A stretch of 64,000 bases of DNA from Amoebophrya sp. A120 (taxonomy: Eukaryota > Protista > Dinoflagellata): assembly GCA_905178155.1 (NCBI GenBank), contig CAJINV010000001.1:6543860-6607859 (forward strand). The letters are read 5' to 3'. Each line of letters starts with the position of its first letter. Positions within the stretch are counted from its first letter, which is position 1. Below, one piece after another: positions 1 through 12,867 of the stretch. The position numbers were made by a program, and so were the translations under genes. Below the pieces are notes generated by a model. That model saw only the letters and a program-made list of their open reading frames with translations. It was not told where the DNA came from and ran no database searches.

Positions 1-303
1 TTGTCGTTCCCCCCATGTCTTCAAGGTTTCGTTCTTGCGATGAGGCCCGCATTCTGATTTTTCTCGGCAATGAACGAATGTTGCACAGGATATTTTTCCA
101 CCCCAAAGCCAAACCCAAGATTTTGTCCTTGGCATAACCATAATTCCCCTGCTGCATTTACTGCTAATTTGTTTATTTTCTTTTCTATTTCTACGATGAA
201 CACCTTGACCTTCGAGGGCCTGTAATTACCACCGTTCCACTTCCGCGACGAGTCCATCGGTTTCAAACCTGGTTGTGAGCATTAGTCGTAAGTCAAACTC
301 GTC

Positions 304-1653
304 ATGTTCAGCTTCATTTTCGGCGACGATGACAAGAAGAAGGCTCCCAAGCCCGAGGGAGACGCAGCACCTGCCAAGGGGAACAAGGGTGGGGCTCCGG
401 GGAACAAGCAAAATAAGCGGTCCTCCGGCGATGACCGCGACAGTCGTGGGAGCAACAAGGGGTCCGGCAACTCGACCCCGACCGCGACCTTCCAAATCGG
501 CGACCACGTGCGGACGCAGAACCTCGAGAAGTTGCCGCATTTTGACGGAAAGCTGGCGGTCATCCTCACCCTGCTGGATGCCGAGGGCAAGCACAAGGTG
601 CAAATCCGCCCCAAGGGCCAAAACTTGAAGCTGTACCCCACCCGCCTGCGCGCCGTGTCGGAGAGGGAGTACCTTCAGGAAAACCCCGAGGGTGACAAGC
701 CCATCCAGAACCTGATCGACCAAGCCCGGCAGTCCTTTGGGGTCGCAGCTGCGCCCACGGGCGCAAACGCAAATAACGTCGCGCGCGACAACAACTCGTC
801 CACATCCGGTGCAGCGAACAAAGACAATAAACAGGGGAATGCGGCGAACAACGCTCGTGGGAGTGCGGGAACTGTGCAGAATGCAGCTCCACCTGCTGGT
901 GAAGCACAAGATAACACGACGAAGCAAGGATCGGTGCAATCGCCAGAACCAGCTCCGAAGACTTCTTCAACCGGCGCAACTACATCTGCAGCTGCTAACG
1001 CAAACGCCGCAAGTGGTACCCGATCCAGCGACTCTGTGCAGCAAGTCCAGCAACAACAAATGGCAGCAGCGAGAAAAGCGGATACCCAGTATTCCATAGC
1101 GGAAGTGTACGAAAATGCTACCCCCGCACAGGCGGATCAACAAACTCGTTTTAGTAGCACCCCTGCAATCAGCGTCAGCACTGGTACGAAGCAGCCCCAG
1201 AAATCCGTAGCGGTGGTGGAGCCTCAGAAGTCGTCGACACCACAGTTGTCCCAGTCTGGAACGACAAGTGGAAATGCCAACCTCCCAGCAGCAGGAACTA
1301 CATCAACATCCGTTCCCGTGAGCGGTCGCGCGTCCTCGGCAGCGGCGTCACTAACCCCGGAAGAGGTGGAAAAATTCGGCCGTCGGCGGTCGGCGTTTTT
1401 CACCGCACGTCACGGGGATGCAATCGCGGAGCAGGAGCGCACGAGGGCCGAGTTCGTGCAGGAACTCGTGGAAGAATCCGATCTTCGGGTGGACGCGTTT
1501 CTCAAAAGCTACGCATTAGAGCAGAAAATGATGCAGAAGAAGGCCGGAGCGGTTGGAGCAGTTGTAGGTGATGCGCCACAGAGGGACACCATCAACGGCA
1601 GAGGAGCTGTACCAGCCCCGTCATCATTGAAAGGAAAAGGAAAAAAAGCTTAG
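304..1653 (+). CDS. Hypothetical protein, small SH3/KOW-like beta domain followed by low-complexity region
   Basis: 449-aa single-exon ORF with ATG and coding-like codon usage. Segment FQIGDHVRTQNLEKLPHFDGKLAVILTLLDAEGKHKVQIRPKGQNLKLYPTRL resembles the SH3-like G-x-x-V..L...P..NG..G motif common in protist proteins. The rest is S/T/A/Q-rich. Confidence 0.7.
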   Translation: MFSFIFGDDDKKKAPKPEGDAAPAKGNKGGAPGNKQNKRSSGDDRDSRGSNKGSGNSTPTATFQIGDHVRTQNLEKLPHFDGKLAVILTLLDAEGKHKVQIRPKGQNLKLYPTRLRAVSEREYLQENPEGDKPIQNLIDQARQSFGVAAAPTGANANNVARDNNSSTSGAANKDNKQGNAANNARGSAGTVQNAAPPAGEAQDNTTKQGSVQSPEPAPKTSSTGATTSAAANANAASGTRSSDSVQQVQQQQMAAARKADTQYSIAEVYENATPAQADQQTRFSSTPAISVSTGTKQPQKSVAVVEPQKSSTPQLSQSGTTSGNANLPAAGTTSTSVPVSGRASSAAASLTPEEVEKFGRRRSAFFTARHGDAIAEQERTRAEFVQELVEESDLRVDAFLKSYALEQKMMQKKAGAVGAVVGDAPQRDTINGRGAVPAPSSLKGKGKKA

Positions 1654-2410
1654 AGAGTCGTTGCGCCACTGCTTCGTTTATCTGCTTATTATGACCCCGT
1701 TCCACTTGCCCCGTTTTCTAGATCCCCATGCCCATCCCATTCCCAATAAGATTTTTTTCTCTGCTTCACATAGATAAATGAAAGGAAAGCGAAACCAAAC
1801 CTGGAAGATCAACTTCTACACTAATCCCGTCTCTAACAGCACACGAATCCCGTTCGTTGTGGCACGATGATGAGGAACACGAAGAAACTGTCTCGCGACG
1901 GCCCCATCAAGGCGCCGAGGCCCCAACTGGCCGCAACAGATGAAGAAGATGGCTCAATATGTTCTATATCGAATCGGTCCTCCATCTTTGGAACAGTCGC
2001 AGCTATCGCAAGGTTTATTATGTTCCTCCGAGGGGCACTTTCGACTTCCACAACATACATCCAAAAGTAAAGCGTTCGGCTCATTTTTTCCGTACTAGAA
2101 GTCCGACGTTAGAAGTACGCATTTCATTTGGATCTAAAATTTTTGTTTCAATTTAATAAAGGATCTCTCTCTCGCAGTCAGTCGCACGTCCTCTGCCCGA
2201 TCTCGACACTTCATGACTACAAAGACGCATTCATTGTTTTCCCAAAGTGTTGCCCGTTGTCGTGGTCTTCGTTCTTTCTCTGAGCGGCCGCAGTTCACCT
2301 TGCTCGAACAGCGGGCTGGTCTTTTTCGACGTGCAACTCCCGGCTTTGTGAAGCCAGACGACACTCCCATTCCGTGGATAATTTCTGGCTTCTCATCGTC
2401 GATTAAACTC

Positions 2411-3574
2411 ATGAAGCGTTCTGCGTCTTCCGCCGCCGGCGGGGAACGACGCGGTGAAGACGGTAGTAAGAAACCGCGGCCCAATGAGAAGAATGCGGAA
2501 GGCTCCTCAAAGACTGAACATTCGACCTCGGATAAGAGAACGGACAAAGTGGAAAAAGTCTTGCCCCGGAAATTAACTGGAAAGCTTTCCGTCGTGCTTC
2601 TCCAGTTGCCCGTTGAGTCCACCGGGGCAGATTACAAGGCGGTTAACGTGCGGAATGCCTTGAAGGAGGTTCGTGAAGTCGTGGTTCAGAAGAGACTGGT
2701 AGAAAAAGCGCAGGAAGTTCTCATCATGCTGCCCGAAATCTGGAATGGTCCCTATGCGGCAGACGCGTTCCCAAACTTTTGCGAGCCGATTCCCGAGGTT
2801 GGCGAGGAAATCACCGAGGCAACGAGGAGCCTGCACGAGTTGGCCTCTGTTTGCAGAACATTCGCATCGGAAGGTTCCATTACACTGATGGCCGGCTCTA
2901 TTCCGGAAATCGACAAGCGCGGGCGCATTTACAATACCTCCGTGACTGTGTGCAACAACAGAATCATCTGCAAACACCGCAAAGTGCACCTTTTCGATAT
3001 CGACATTCCGGGGAAGATTACTTTCAAAGAGTCCGAAACTCTCACAGCAGGTGACAGAGTGTCGATCTTTGATCGCATCGTCGCGGCAGCTCCAGGCCCG
3101 AAAGATATGATGGGTGTTGAGCGTATCCGGTCTGACAAGATCCGCTTCGGCGTCGGTATATGCTACGACATCCGTTTCCCGGAGCTGTCCCTTTTGATGC
3201 GCGCGGAACATGGGGCGCACATTCTGTGCTTCCCAGCGGCCTTCAATACTACGACTGGGCCGAAGCACTGGAGCCTCTGTATGCGAGCGCGCGCAATCGA
3301 CACGCAATGCTTCGTTTTGGCCTGCAGCCCGGCACGAAATACAACCGGTCAGGGATACCAGGCGTACGGCCACTCAATTGTGGTATCACCATGGGGGGAG
3401 ATCCTTGCCGAGCTCGACGAGAAGCCCGGGAAAATTGAGCTGGAGCTTGATCTGTCCGAAATTTCAGAGGCGCGCGCCGGTATTCCAATCGGTATGCAGC
3501 GACGGAAAGAAGTGTATCGTCTTGTGGGAGCGCAGAGCCCCACACCGGATGTGCCGCAACTTCCGGGGAATTAG
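2411..3574 (+). CDS. NIT2: Omega-amidase / nitrilase superfamily (Nit2 type)
   Basis: Catalytic triad motifs LPEIWNGPY (E), KHRKVHLFDIDIPGKITFKESETLTAG (K) and GICYDIRFPEL (C), plus PAAFNTTTGPKHW, RARAIDTQ and AYGHSIVVSPWG. The ORF opens at 2213; ATG 2411 is the likelier start. Confidence 0.93.
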   Translation: MKRSASSAAGGERRGEDGSKKPRPNEKNAEGSSKTEHSTSDKRTDKVEKVLPRKLTGKLSVVLLQLPVESTGADYKAVNVRNALKEVREVVVQKRLVEKAQEVLIMLPEIWNGPYAADAFPNFCEPIPEVGEEITEATRSLHELASVCRTFASEGSITLMAGSIPEIDKRGRIYNTSVTVCNNRIICKHRKVHLFDIDIPGKITFKESETLTAGDRVSIFDRIVAAAPGPKDMMGVERIRSDKIRFGVGICYDIRFPELSLLMRAEHGAHILCFPAAFNTTTGPKHWSLCMRARAIDTQCFVLACSPARNTTGQGYQAYGHSIVVSPWGEILAELDEKPGKIELELDLSEISEARAGIPIGMQRRKEVYRLVGAQSPTPDVPQLPGN

Positions 3575-4545
3575 ACACAGAAAATGGCACAGATACTACA
3601 GAAGTAGTTAATGTACCTATTTCCAGAAGGAAGCGTCCATGAGCGTGAGTTAACAAGCACAAGCATCCGAATTCGAGAACAACATAGAAAAAAAAACTCA
3701 TATTTCGCATACGCATTGACTGTGCCTCTAGAAAAAGGAAGAAACTCTCAAAAAACGGCCTGACTTTGTGTTCTCTTTTTCAGTTTTCGCAATAAACTAC
3801 CGAAAACCAGAAGGTGGACACTGATTTATCAACGCTGCAAATCCACCCCGTGCACGTGGGTTCCCCCTCCTGCCCTCAGGGCAGAAATACCATGATCGAT
3901 CGTGATCTAGATCGTGATTGTCCTTTTTTGAGTTTATATGTGCGATCTTCTTCACAAGAAGTTTCGATTTTTGGCTCACATATCGAAATTCCAACATTTC
4001 CTTTTTGATCCATAGCAGCCCAACCCCGTTCTGTCTCGGTCTTCGCCTCTTACTTGTATTGCACATACGTCAAACTCCTTGTCCTTCTCACATCGGTATT
4101 GTGCTCGCAATTGCGACGGAGTGACATGTGTGCACGTGGTCTTTGCTCTAATGGTATTGCCCTAACGTAACAAAGATACGCAGTGGTATTCTGTTGACTC
4201 AAAAGTTGATCTGATGTCTGTCATAATATTGACATTGAGGCAATGGTTATCGTTGCATTCATGTAGGAAATCTGAATTGGAAAAAATTGCAAGGATATAC
4301 CCAACATTAGAACCACTTAGCCTCATTGTCACGACATCGTGAAGTGCAAAGTAGAGTTGGGATTTACAACCAGCATGCAGATCCAGCCAGTGCCTTTGCC
4401 TATTGCAATATGTACCAGACCAAGGTCACCCTCACCGAACGTGTGGCTCTATGCTACACAGGTGCGCGGCTCTACCTTTACCACATGTAGCAGTACATGC
4501 AGATGACCACGAAGTGGAAGTGCATCGCGACGGACTGCGACTAAA

Positions 4546-7500
4546 ATGCTCACAGTGCGGAAGCCGACGCCGCTTCCGCTACTTGCAGCGCGCGCACTCC
4601 TGCACCAGTGTGGTGTTACAATTTCCCTCTTTGTCCTCGCCGCCTTCGCTATTCCTATTGCCACTCCGCCCACTACAAAGAATGTCGCGTTCGCGACCGT
4701 ACCTCCACGCCGAACAAGCGGCAGTGCAACAAAAACAAAAAATTGGTGCGAGGCGTTGGACGGGAGTGGCCAGCGTATGTCACCGGTGGATGTGTCGTCC
4801 ACAAAGTTCACGACCGAGGCTACCGGGGCCAAAAGCTTCAGCTTCAAGGCGTTGCGCGACAAAAACTTGTCTGTTATCCTCACACCACTCTCGCCGCTGG
4901 CGGACCCGGATGTGAGTTTATACGGTGCGAACACTGGGAAGGGCGCCTGCAAGTTTGTGCAGCGGGCCGTGGACTACGGACAGGATGTGCTGCGACTCCC
5001 GCAAGCGCTCACGGTGGAAAATGATTACGACACGTACTTCATTCATGTGCAGTGCCGCGGCATTTTTGCCGCGTTCAGCAGCGGTGCTGGTGCCAGGGGC
5101 TCGACCAGAAAACGAACAACGACGTCGGTATCTTCCAAGGCTACAGAGGACAAGCGTCGCCCGGGCGGCAGGAGAAGACGAGGCCTCATGGACTACTTCT
5201 TTTCTTCAAGAGAGACAGAAGAAGACTTCATGGCAGCTCCTGCCGTGCGCGTCCCTCTTCAAGAAAGCGGCGACGACAAACGTAGAAGTCTTTCAGCCGC
5301 CTCCAAATCCTCACCCGCCTGCAAATACCATCTCTCCGTCACTGTGCAGACGTTCGCCGACGAGCTGCAAGGCACTAAAACCGGCGTCGCGTACCTGGGC
5401 GTGAGCCAAAACTTCCTCTGGAACAAGCCAAAAGGCACCTCCGCCTCGTCGCAACTGACGCTGAGCGTCTTTCCGCGCGACGCGATCGCGGTGCAGCACG
5501 GGGGGCTGAAATTACTCGTCAACGACCAGGAGACCGCCTCCACCAAGGCCCGGGGCAGCTTCCGTGCCCAGCACGGGTGGTTCGGCGGCGAGGTCGTCAA
5601 GGTGTCGCTCGTGAACACACTGGAGCGGCTGTACATCTCCGTGTTGAAACGGCAAAAGACCGCGCCAGTGCCCTTCGTTCTCACCGCGAAACTGAACGAC
5701 GGCACCCCCGTGAAACTCATTCCGCACGCCCCGGTTTGGGCGCTGGTGCAGCGGAGGCAGACGGACTACTACACGTTTGAGGTCACGCAGCCGAAGGTGG
5801 ACATCGGGCTGTACGTCACGCCGGTGTCCGGCGACCCCGGGCTGATGTGCGAGCCGGGGGTAGACGCGCGTCCGCTGCCGGGTCACGCACTGTGGGAGGA
5901 GCACCACCCGGGCGGGGAGAGCTTGTTCATCGTCAGCAACGACCCGAAGCGGAAGCAAGCCAACATCCCGGCGACGGGCAACTTCACCGTGGGTGTTTAC
6001 GGCGCGGAAACGGCGGTGTACTCCCTGATGGTGATCCTTGACCCACACGTGGAGGAGGGCAGCGAGCTGGGCAAACTCGACGTCGCGCTCGGGCCGCAGC
6101 CCTTGTGGGGCGAGCTGTACTTCGGTTTCCAGCAACGGCTCAGCGTCAAGAAGCAGCACACGGGTCACTTGCTCTTCTTCAACGCCCTGGAGCGGAGCCA
6201 CTTGGATTTCCAAGTCACCACGACGAAGCAAGTGGACGTGTGCGTCACAAAGTGCGGTCCCGACCCGCACAACTGCGCTGAGCGAAGCCCTTTGGCGAAG
6301 GAACACAACCCGGATAGGCAGTTTGGGAGTGGCGAGAGCGAGGAGGCAGATGAAGATACCACAAAAACAACGCCGCCGCGTTTGCACCAATTGGCCGAGA
6401 CACCAAGCTCCGCTGGAGCAATCAGCAACCCCGAATACGCAAAGTACTACTCCGGCGAGGAGTTGACCCCGACCGGGCGAAATGTCAGCTTGGCGCTCTG
6501 CGCGACCACGATCCGCCGTGACGATGACAGTGGCGCGGGCAGCTTGACGAGACACGGGCTGCTGCGCAACCCCTGCCCGCAGTGCTGGTACGCGGTCCTG
6601 GTGAGCAGCAAAGACACGCAAAGCCCGTCGGTCGACTTCACGATGACGCTTTCCGCAAGCGGGAGCGAATGGCACCCGCTGACGCTGCAGGAACCGTTTT
6701 GGGGCCATGTGGACGTGGGCGGCGCCGACGTGAAACTCAGCCTAGAAATCACGAAAGAGGAGCTGGCGGAAAGCTCGGATCGCACCCTCCAATTCGAGCT
6801 GGTACCGCTGTACGGTAACGCCGAGATGAAGATTTCGGAACTGGACACCGCAAGTCTAGATGCGATCGACGAGGACGAGAACGAAGACAGCGAATCTTCA
6901 GCCTCTTCGTCTACAACTTCCGCGAAAAAGCCGGAGAAGGTGCTTGTAGAGCGAACCGACGCAAATTTCGAAACAACACCACCGACCGACGTGAACAAGC
7001 TGCAGTATCGCTTGCGTGTGAAAGCCAAAGGCCGCGAACACGCACAGTTCCGGGTGGCGGTGCGCAGAAAAGCAACATCTTCTTCATCTGCCAGTTCTGG
7101 CGACTCCGAGAGCAGGGCCTTTTCGTGGGCGGACGTGCCGCTGGTCAGCGTCGGGGAGCAGAAGCCGGGGTTTGTGCGGGACGGCGCGCCGGAGTACTTC
7201 GCGTTTGTGTTGGACGGCGCGAAAAGCGACAGCGTCGCCGTCACCACGGAGCCGCCATTGCCCATGGCCATCGAGCCCGTGGCGGATTTTACAGCGTTGA
7301 AGGAGAGCGCGTCATCCACCGGCTCAACCGTGACAGAGGGCAAGCACAAGCGCCCGGATCTGACCTCCAGCCCGTGGAGAACCACAAAATCCACTTCTGG
7401 TACAACAACTGAAGACTCCGTCGACCTGTTTTCCGGCGGATTGGCGATAAAGCCCGAGGACGAAAAATACAACAAGAGTGGCGAGATGTACTATGTCGTC

Positions 7501-10500
7501 GGCGTCTTTCCCCCCGCGAACACAGAAACAAGTGACAGCGGAACAACAAAGACGAACCGGGGTTACCGGTTTCAACTGCAGATCCGGTCCTTCAAAGAGA
7601 TGGCGCTGAACGAGTTACTGCCCGACCAGCCGCCCGTCCGCGGGAGTCTCCAAAAGGACCACACCGTCCGGTACGCGCTGAAGATTGGGCCGCCGGCCGC
7701 CGGGGCGAAGCACCGGAGACACATTGTGCTCAGCCTGGTGGTGTTTTCCGGGGACGCGGATCTGTATGCGGGGTTCACCAAATCGGTGTCGAAATCGCAC
7801 CACACGTTCGGGTCCTCGCGGTTCGGGTCCGACGCGATCTTCATCACCGGATTCTCGGACCAGAACAAGTGCGCGGAGAAGTTCAAAAACGGCAATCCCT
7901 GCACGGTCTACATCATTGTCTACGGGTACAGCAAAGACACCAGGTACGCGTTGTCCGCGACCACGCCGGACGGGAAACCCACGGAAATTCTCCCCGATTC
8001 CCAGCTCGAGGGCAGTTTACAGAAAGGACTCCGGCAATTCTACTACACGCACTTCATGGCAGAGAATAGCGCAGCAGCAAGTAGTACCGTTGGCCGAATC
8101 ACGATCGTGCCGCAGAAGGGCGACCCGGACTTGTACTGTGTAGTGAGTGACTTGGAAACGGCAAAGAATCCGCCCAGTGAGTTCGCGGATCTGAAGCACT
8201 TAAGGCGGGGCGGCGGACACAAAAAGTTCGCCAGTTACAAAGCAAGTGGGACTGAGATGATACGTATTCCGTTCACAGAATGCAGCAAAAAGCTCACCGG
8301 GGGCAGCGCATCGCCACGAATTTTGGGTGGTGGTGAAGATGCAAATGGACTCGTAGTCTCCTCCGCTCTTGATCCTCGTCCTAAGTCGGCATGGTGGGAC
8401 TGGAGGATGACTCCTGCTATGGCGGGTACCACGTCAGGCATGCTAAGCAGGCGTGCTAGCGCTTCAGACAACTCCGGTGGTGCTGATTCCGACTGTGCAA
8501 TTTTCTGTGCAGTGTATGCCTTCAGCAACACGACCTTTCAGGTAAGTTTCTCCACGGAACAGGGCAGCGGAAGCTCATCGTCAAGTAGCTCCTCCTCCTC
8601 ATCGCAGGGAGCCACTTCAAGCACCGGGAATAAACACCATCCTACCAACGGACCGCGGGGAACCGTGATCACTCCCAACAGCCCGTCTGTTGGCATGCTG
8701 ATTAAGCGTGCGCACGAGTTGGAAGTCTTTTACTTCAACGCCGCAGAGTCGAACGCGTTGTTGCGCATAACCCCCTTCATGGACTGTCATCTGGTCACCA
8801 CCGTCAAGGAGCGCGAATACAACGGCAAACAGATCGCGTTAACCGGGTTGAACAGTGGAGAGACCGTCCGTATCGAGGTCCGCCGCGCCCCGAACTACGA
8901 GGCCGAGTCCATCTGCATGTTTGAGGTGGACCTGGCATTTGGCACGCCCACAGCGCCGTCTTCGGGGGGCAGCTCCGGCACTACTTCTGGTAGTAGTTCC
9001 AGAGACTCTTCACTAGAGACAAAAAACAGTCCCGGATCCGCCGCGTCTTCGCCCAAGGCAGCGGCAAAAGCCAACGCAGCCCTGTTCCCGACGATCTACA
9101 CCGAGAACGACACCTACAAAAAGGCAAAGCTGAGTCGCTTGACCAACGGCATTCCCTTCATCGGCTCCACGGCAGTTGGCCGCGGGTTCGAGGAGCAGCG
9201 CTTCGTCTACTCGCCCCAGGATTGTGAGGCCACCGAGGTGCGCATCACACCGTTCTCCGGAGACCTACTCGTGTTTCGCAAGAAACCCGGCTCGTACAAC
9301 CCAACGGACAGAACAGAGGTAAGATGAGCTACATATTTTTCTGGGTTTTCATATCATCGCAGCAGTGTCATGTAGAGCAGCTGGGAAGGGGAACTGGTGC
9401 ATCGATACTCTACAATTTCAGTCGGAATGCGATGCCACCCTACTTCGTCCTGCTCCTGTTTCAGGTTTGGTATAATGTGCCACGCGGGAGGATCGATGAT
9501 GGCACCGCCCCATCAAGGACAGAAGGAGCACACGACAACGCGAGCCACACAAAAACAACTGAACAAGAAGACACGAACAACGCCGGCGCTTCTGGCGGTG
9601 ACGCGGTCACTGCCAATATCGCGGCAAGCAAAAATCAGTTGCTCGAGTACTACATCTTGAAACCGGGACCCGCGGGCTGCTCTGAGGAGATGAAGTTTCT
9701 GGTGAGACGGATCCACGGCGTGATGGCGTCGGATTACTCGGTCACCGCTTTTGAAGACGGCAGAGACCGGCCTAGGTTCGAAACCTTACCGACCGACGTG
9801 CCGGCCTACATGCAGTTCCCTGGGAAGACAAGAAGATTCTCTCTCTTCGTGAACTCCGCCGTCACAAAGCAAACGCTGCGGCTCCAGTGCCGCCCCAGCT
9901 GCATCGGCATGGAGGTCTCCGCAGGCATGAGTCCAGATGATGGAGCCGAGAGGGTTTGGAAAGCAAACGCGGTCGCGACAAGCTCTGCCGACGGAAGTGG
10001 ATCTTCCTCTTCCTCAGCTACCACTGGTGACAAGAGTGCCGACGCCGCACAGCAGGTGGACTTGATTGAGCTCTCTCTCAAAGACCCGGAGAAAGCTAAG
10101 AACTACGGCTTCTACCCCCGAGTCGTGTACGCCTGGGTGACGCAAAAAGGCGACGACTCGCACGGGATTCTGGTGCACGCATCCCTGGTTGCAACCTCGG
10201 ATTCCGATTTTGGCCTGTTGCTGGATGGCGGCGAGGCTCAGATCGCGGTGGTGCGCAGCCAGCAACCGGCCTACTTCGCGTTTGACAGTCGCAGGGCTAG
10301 TCCGTTGTTGACGATAATAGCGAAGTTGCCGTATGACGAGAAGAATGACTTGTACAACACACGAAACAGGCTGTGGGTACAGAACTGCTTAAGCCAGGAC
10401 ACCCACGAGAGTGCGCCGCTACCCTCGGCGGAACACCACGACACCGAGGGGAAGTTGAATACCCACGAAAAAACACCCATCCCCATCCAATTTGTCATGC

Positions 10501-12106
10501 AAAACCTGCATAAAATCCACTATTTGTCATGCAAAAAATGGATGGGGATGGGTGTTTTCTCCTGGATATTGAACTCCAGGAATCAACTCGTCGCGTTTGT
10601 GGACAACAGGTAACTTTTTTCTAGATAGTAACATTCATACAACTACACATGGCTGTCATTCGGGCTGTCCTGTGCTTCTGCAGTGAGTAGAATAGAAAAC
10701 ACCCGTGTTTCTTGTTCTTTAGATCCTTCAGATCGATCTCCCGATCCGGAAAAAAACTTTTCAACTGCAGTCGCCTACCCACGACTAGCAACGGCAAGCA
10801 GCTGACGGGCAAGCATTGCATCTACCGAATCGCGGTGGAAACGAGCCGTCCGACACCAGTTCGCGTTTCCATTCGGGGCGGGACGACTCGCAAAAACGCC
10901 CCTCTCCGCGTGAACGGCCCGAGCCAAATCGGTATCGTGCGCGAGGGCTTTCCCGAGAGTTACATCCTGAGTAACCACGTCACCATCGCGGAGCTGGAGA
11001 AGAAAATCCTAGTCCACTACGAGCCCTGCATTGGGAAGCTGAAACCCGCCAGACCTCCGATCCACGAGGTGCCCGGCGACTCAGACACGCCCATTACCGT
11101 TGCCTGCGAGGGAAAGGAGTGCCACGGGCGGTTCCTGTTGCGCGCCACGAGTTTCGACAACAGCTGGGAGTACAGGCCCGGCAAGTTGGAGACGCCAACG
11201 AAGGGCTGGCGGCACGGAACGTACACCCTTTCGTGGACGTCGCCGCGAAAAAGACACTACCAAAGCAAAGAAGCGGACACGGAAGCCTTCGCGAATCTAG
11301 TGGGAGACGACGTCTGGTACTACTTTCTTTGTTTCTTTTCAGAAGTTTTTGCTGCTCTCGAAGAACTGAAACTGGTGCTACTTGAAATTGAATGGAATAA
11401 TTTCACAGCTTAGCATTGAGCGGAGCGAGTTCAAACTGCGTTGAATCTTCCTCTTGTTTTATCCATCAGGTATGAGCTGTTCATCATTCCCGTTTCAGAC
11501 AAAGCGCAGGTCTTCGATCTGTTCCATGCAACCCCCTGCGGGGTGTACAACATGCTGGGGAAACTCGCGGGCGTGCAGCGCAAGATGTTCAGACAGGACG
11601 AGCTTACCAAGACAAAAATACAGGGCGACAACGGTGACGAGGAAAAAATCACGGCCACCGTCACCGCGCACTACGCCCCCACCCGCGGCGAGCACTTCGA
11701 GTTTGTCTTGCTCGCGCGCGACGGGCAGACCGACGAAAAATTCGCGTACACAAAAACCTCGCTCTCCGACGCGGACAGCGAAGGTACAGGCGACTACACC
11801 GGCGACCCGTCGGTGTCCACAGCCGGCGATTCCATGTTTGGCGCCAGCACGGGAGCGCTGGTGCAGCAGTACTCGTTTTTCTCCCGTCTCTCGTGGGTGC
11901 TGTTCGTGGGATTTGTGATCATCTCCAGTCTCGTCGGTCTCGCCAAGTACGGCCCGAAGATCGCCGGCTACTTTGGTTTTGGGCCAAATGTGCAGTATGG
12001 ACGGACGACGGCGTTCGAACTGCGACCCCATTCATCCCCGGTGGACGCCCACAGCTACTACGAACCGCCAAACGCGATCGGTGTTGGGTACAACCGCATC
12101 GAGTAG
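4546..12106 (+). CDS. ~2330-aa type I membrane/surface protein with repeated PPC-like (GDxDLY) beta-sandwich modules
   Basis: GT-AG introns 9319-9464, 10610-10770 and 11317-11469 join four ORF-track segments in frame, plus a TIR element at 10455-10573. N-terminal hydrophobic signal-like stretch, repeats ADPDVSLY, SGDPGLM, SGDADLY, KGDPDLY, SGDLLVF, and a C-terminal TM segment LSWVLFVGFVIISSLVGLA. Confidence 0.8.
10455..10573. mobile_element. Introner-like non-canonical intron (TIR plus 5-bp direct repeat)
   Basis: TTGAA direct repeats at 10455-10459 and 10569-10573. 29-bp terminal inverted repeats with 3 mismatches (tacccacgaaaaaacacccatccccatcc / ggatggggatgggtgttttctcctggata). Removing 114 nt restores EGKLNSRNQL. 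No GT-AG at the ends. Confidence 0.8.
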
Positions 12107-12867
12107 ATGAAACGACAGACGAAACAACCACTCTTCGGTCGTATGGTGGTTGTTGTACTTCGGTGGTGCAGGTATGCAACGGACATGCAAGTAGATACAG
12201 GTAAGGATACACCCGGAAACAGGTTCCGAACAAATTATCATCAGGTACGTATACAGGAAAAGGTGAAAAATTGTTCCATTTAATGGAACAATTTTTCAAG
12301 CAAGTCGCGAAGCGCAGGCGCGACTGAGTCTGACGCATTTCACAGGACTTTTTTTGGTTGTGATAGGAACACAAGAAGTATTTCCGGTGCCTCTATTGAA
12401 ATTACATGCGCAGCGAAGATGTCGCCGCGAGGCCGCTTGCATCTATGGTGCTTCTAAGTGGTGAAATTTCGACGAAGCCGGAAGTGTTCGGTGGGTTCTG
12501 ATGAAGTTGGAAATTCCCATGATCTTACACTCGACGATGATCAACGCTGTATGCCTGCTCCATCTTCTTCGTTTTCATTTTGTCGTGGCGTTCCGGTCTA
12601 CAAGGAAAAAGTTGCACTTCGGCGTTTTTTCTGTCTTGGACGATCTTGCTGGAGATCAAAAGCTGAAACGAGAATCCTGGATCTGGATGAATTAAAGCCG
12701 CGTGTTCATATTGATTGGCCGGCTACTGTTTTGACTTTTGAGTTTCATTGCTCGTCAATTTGTAGGATTGTTCCGATCTCATCTCAAGTGCAGGCGAGAA
12801 GAACGTGAAGAATATCGTAAAGAAGCAAGAAAAAACCGCTACCTTCAACTGAAAAATTTCGCTCCAA

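Noticed and set aside
3969-3978. ttttggctca, a partial match to the dinoflagellate spliced leader
   Set aside because: Only 10 nt match, the flanks diverge, and it lies ~570 bp from the next start codon; compatible with chance.
5512-7475. Long antisense ORFs (398 and 342 aa) and similar shadow ORFs across the window
   Set aside because: They lie opposite well-supported GC3-rich genes and show no motifs, as expected for stop-poor antisense frames.
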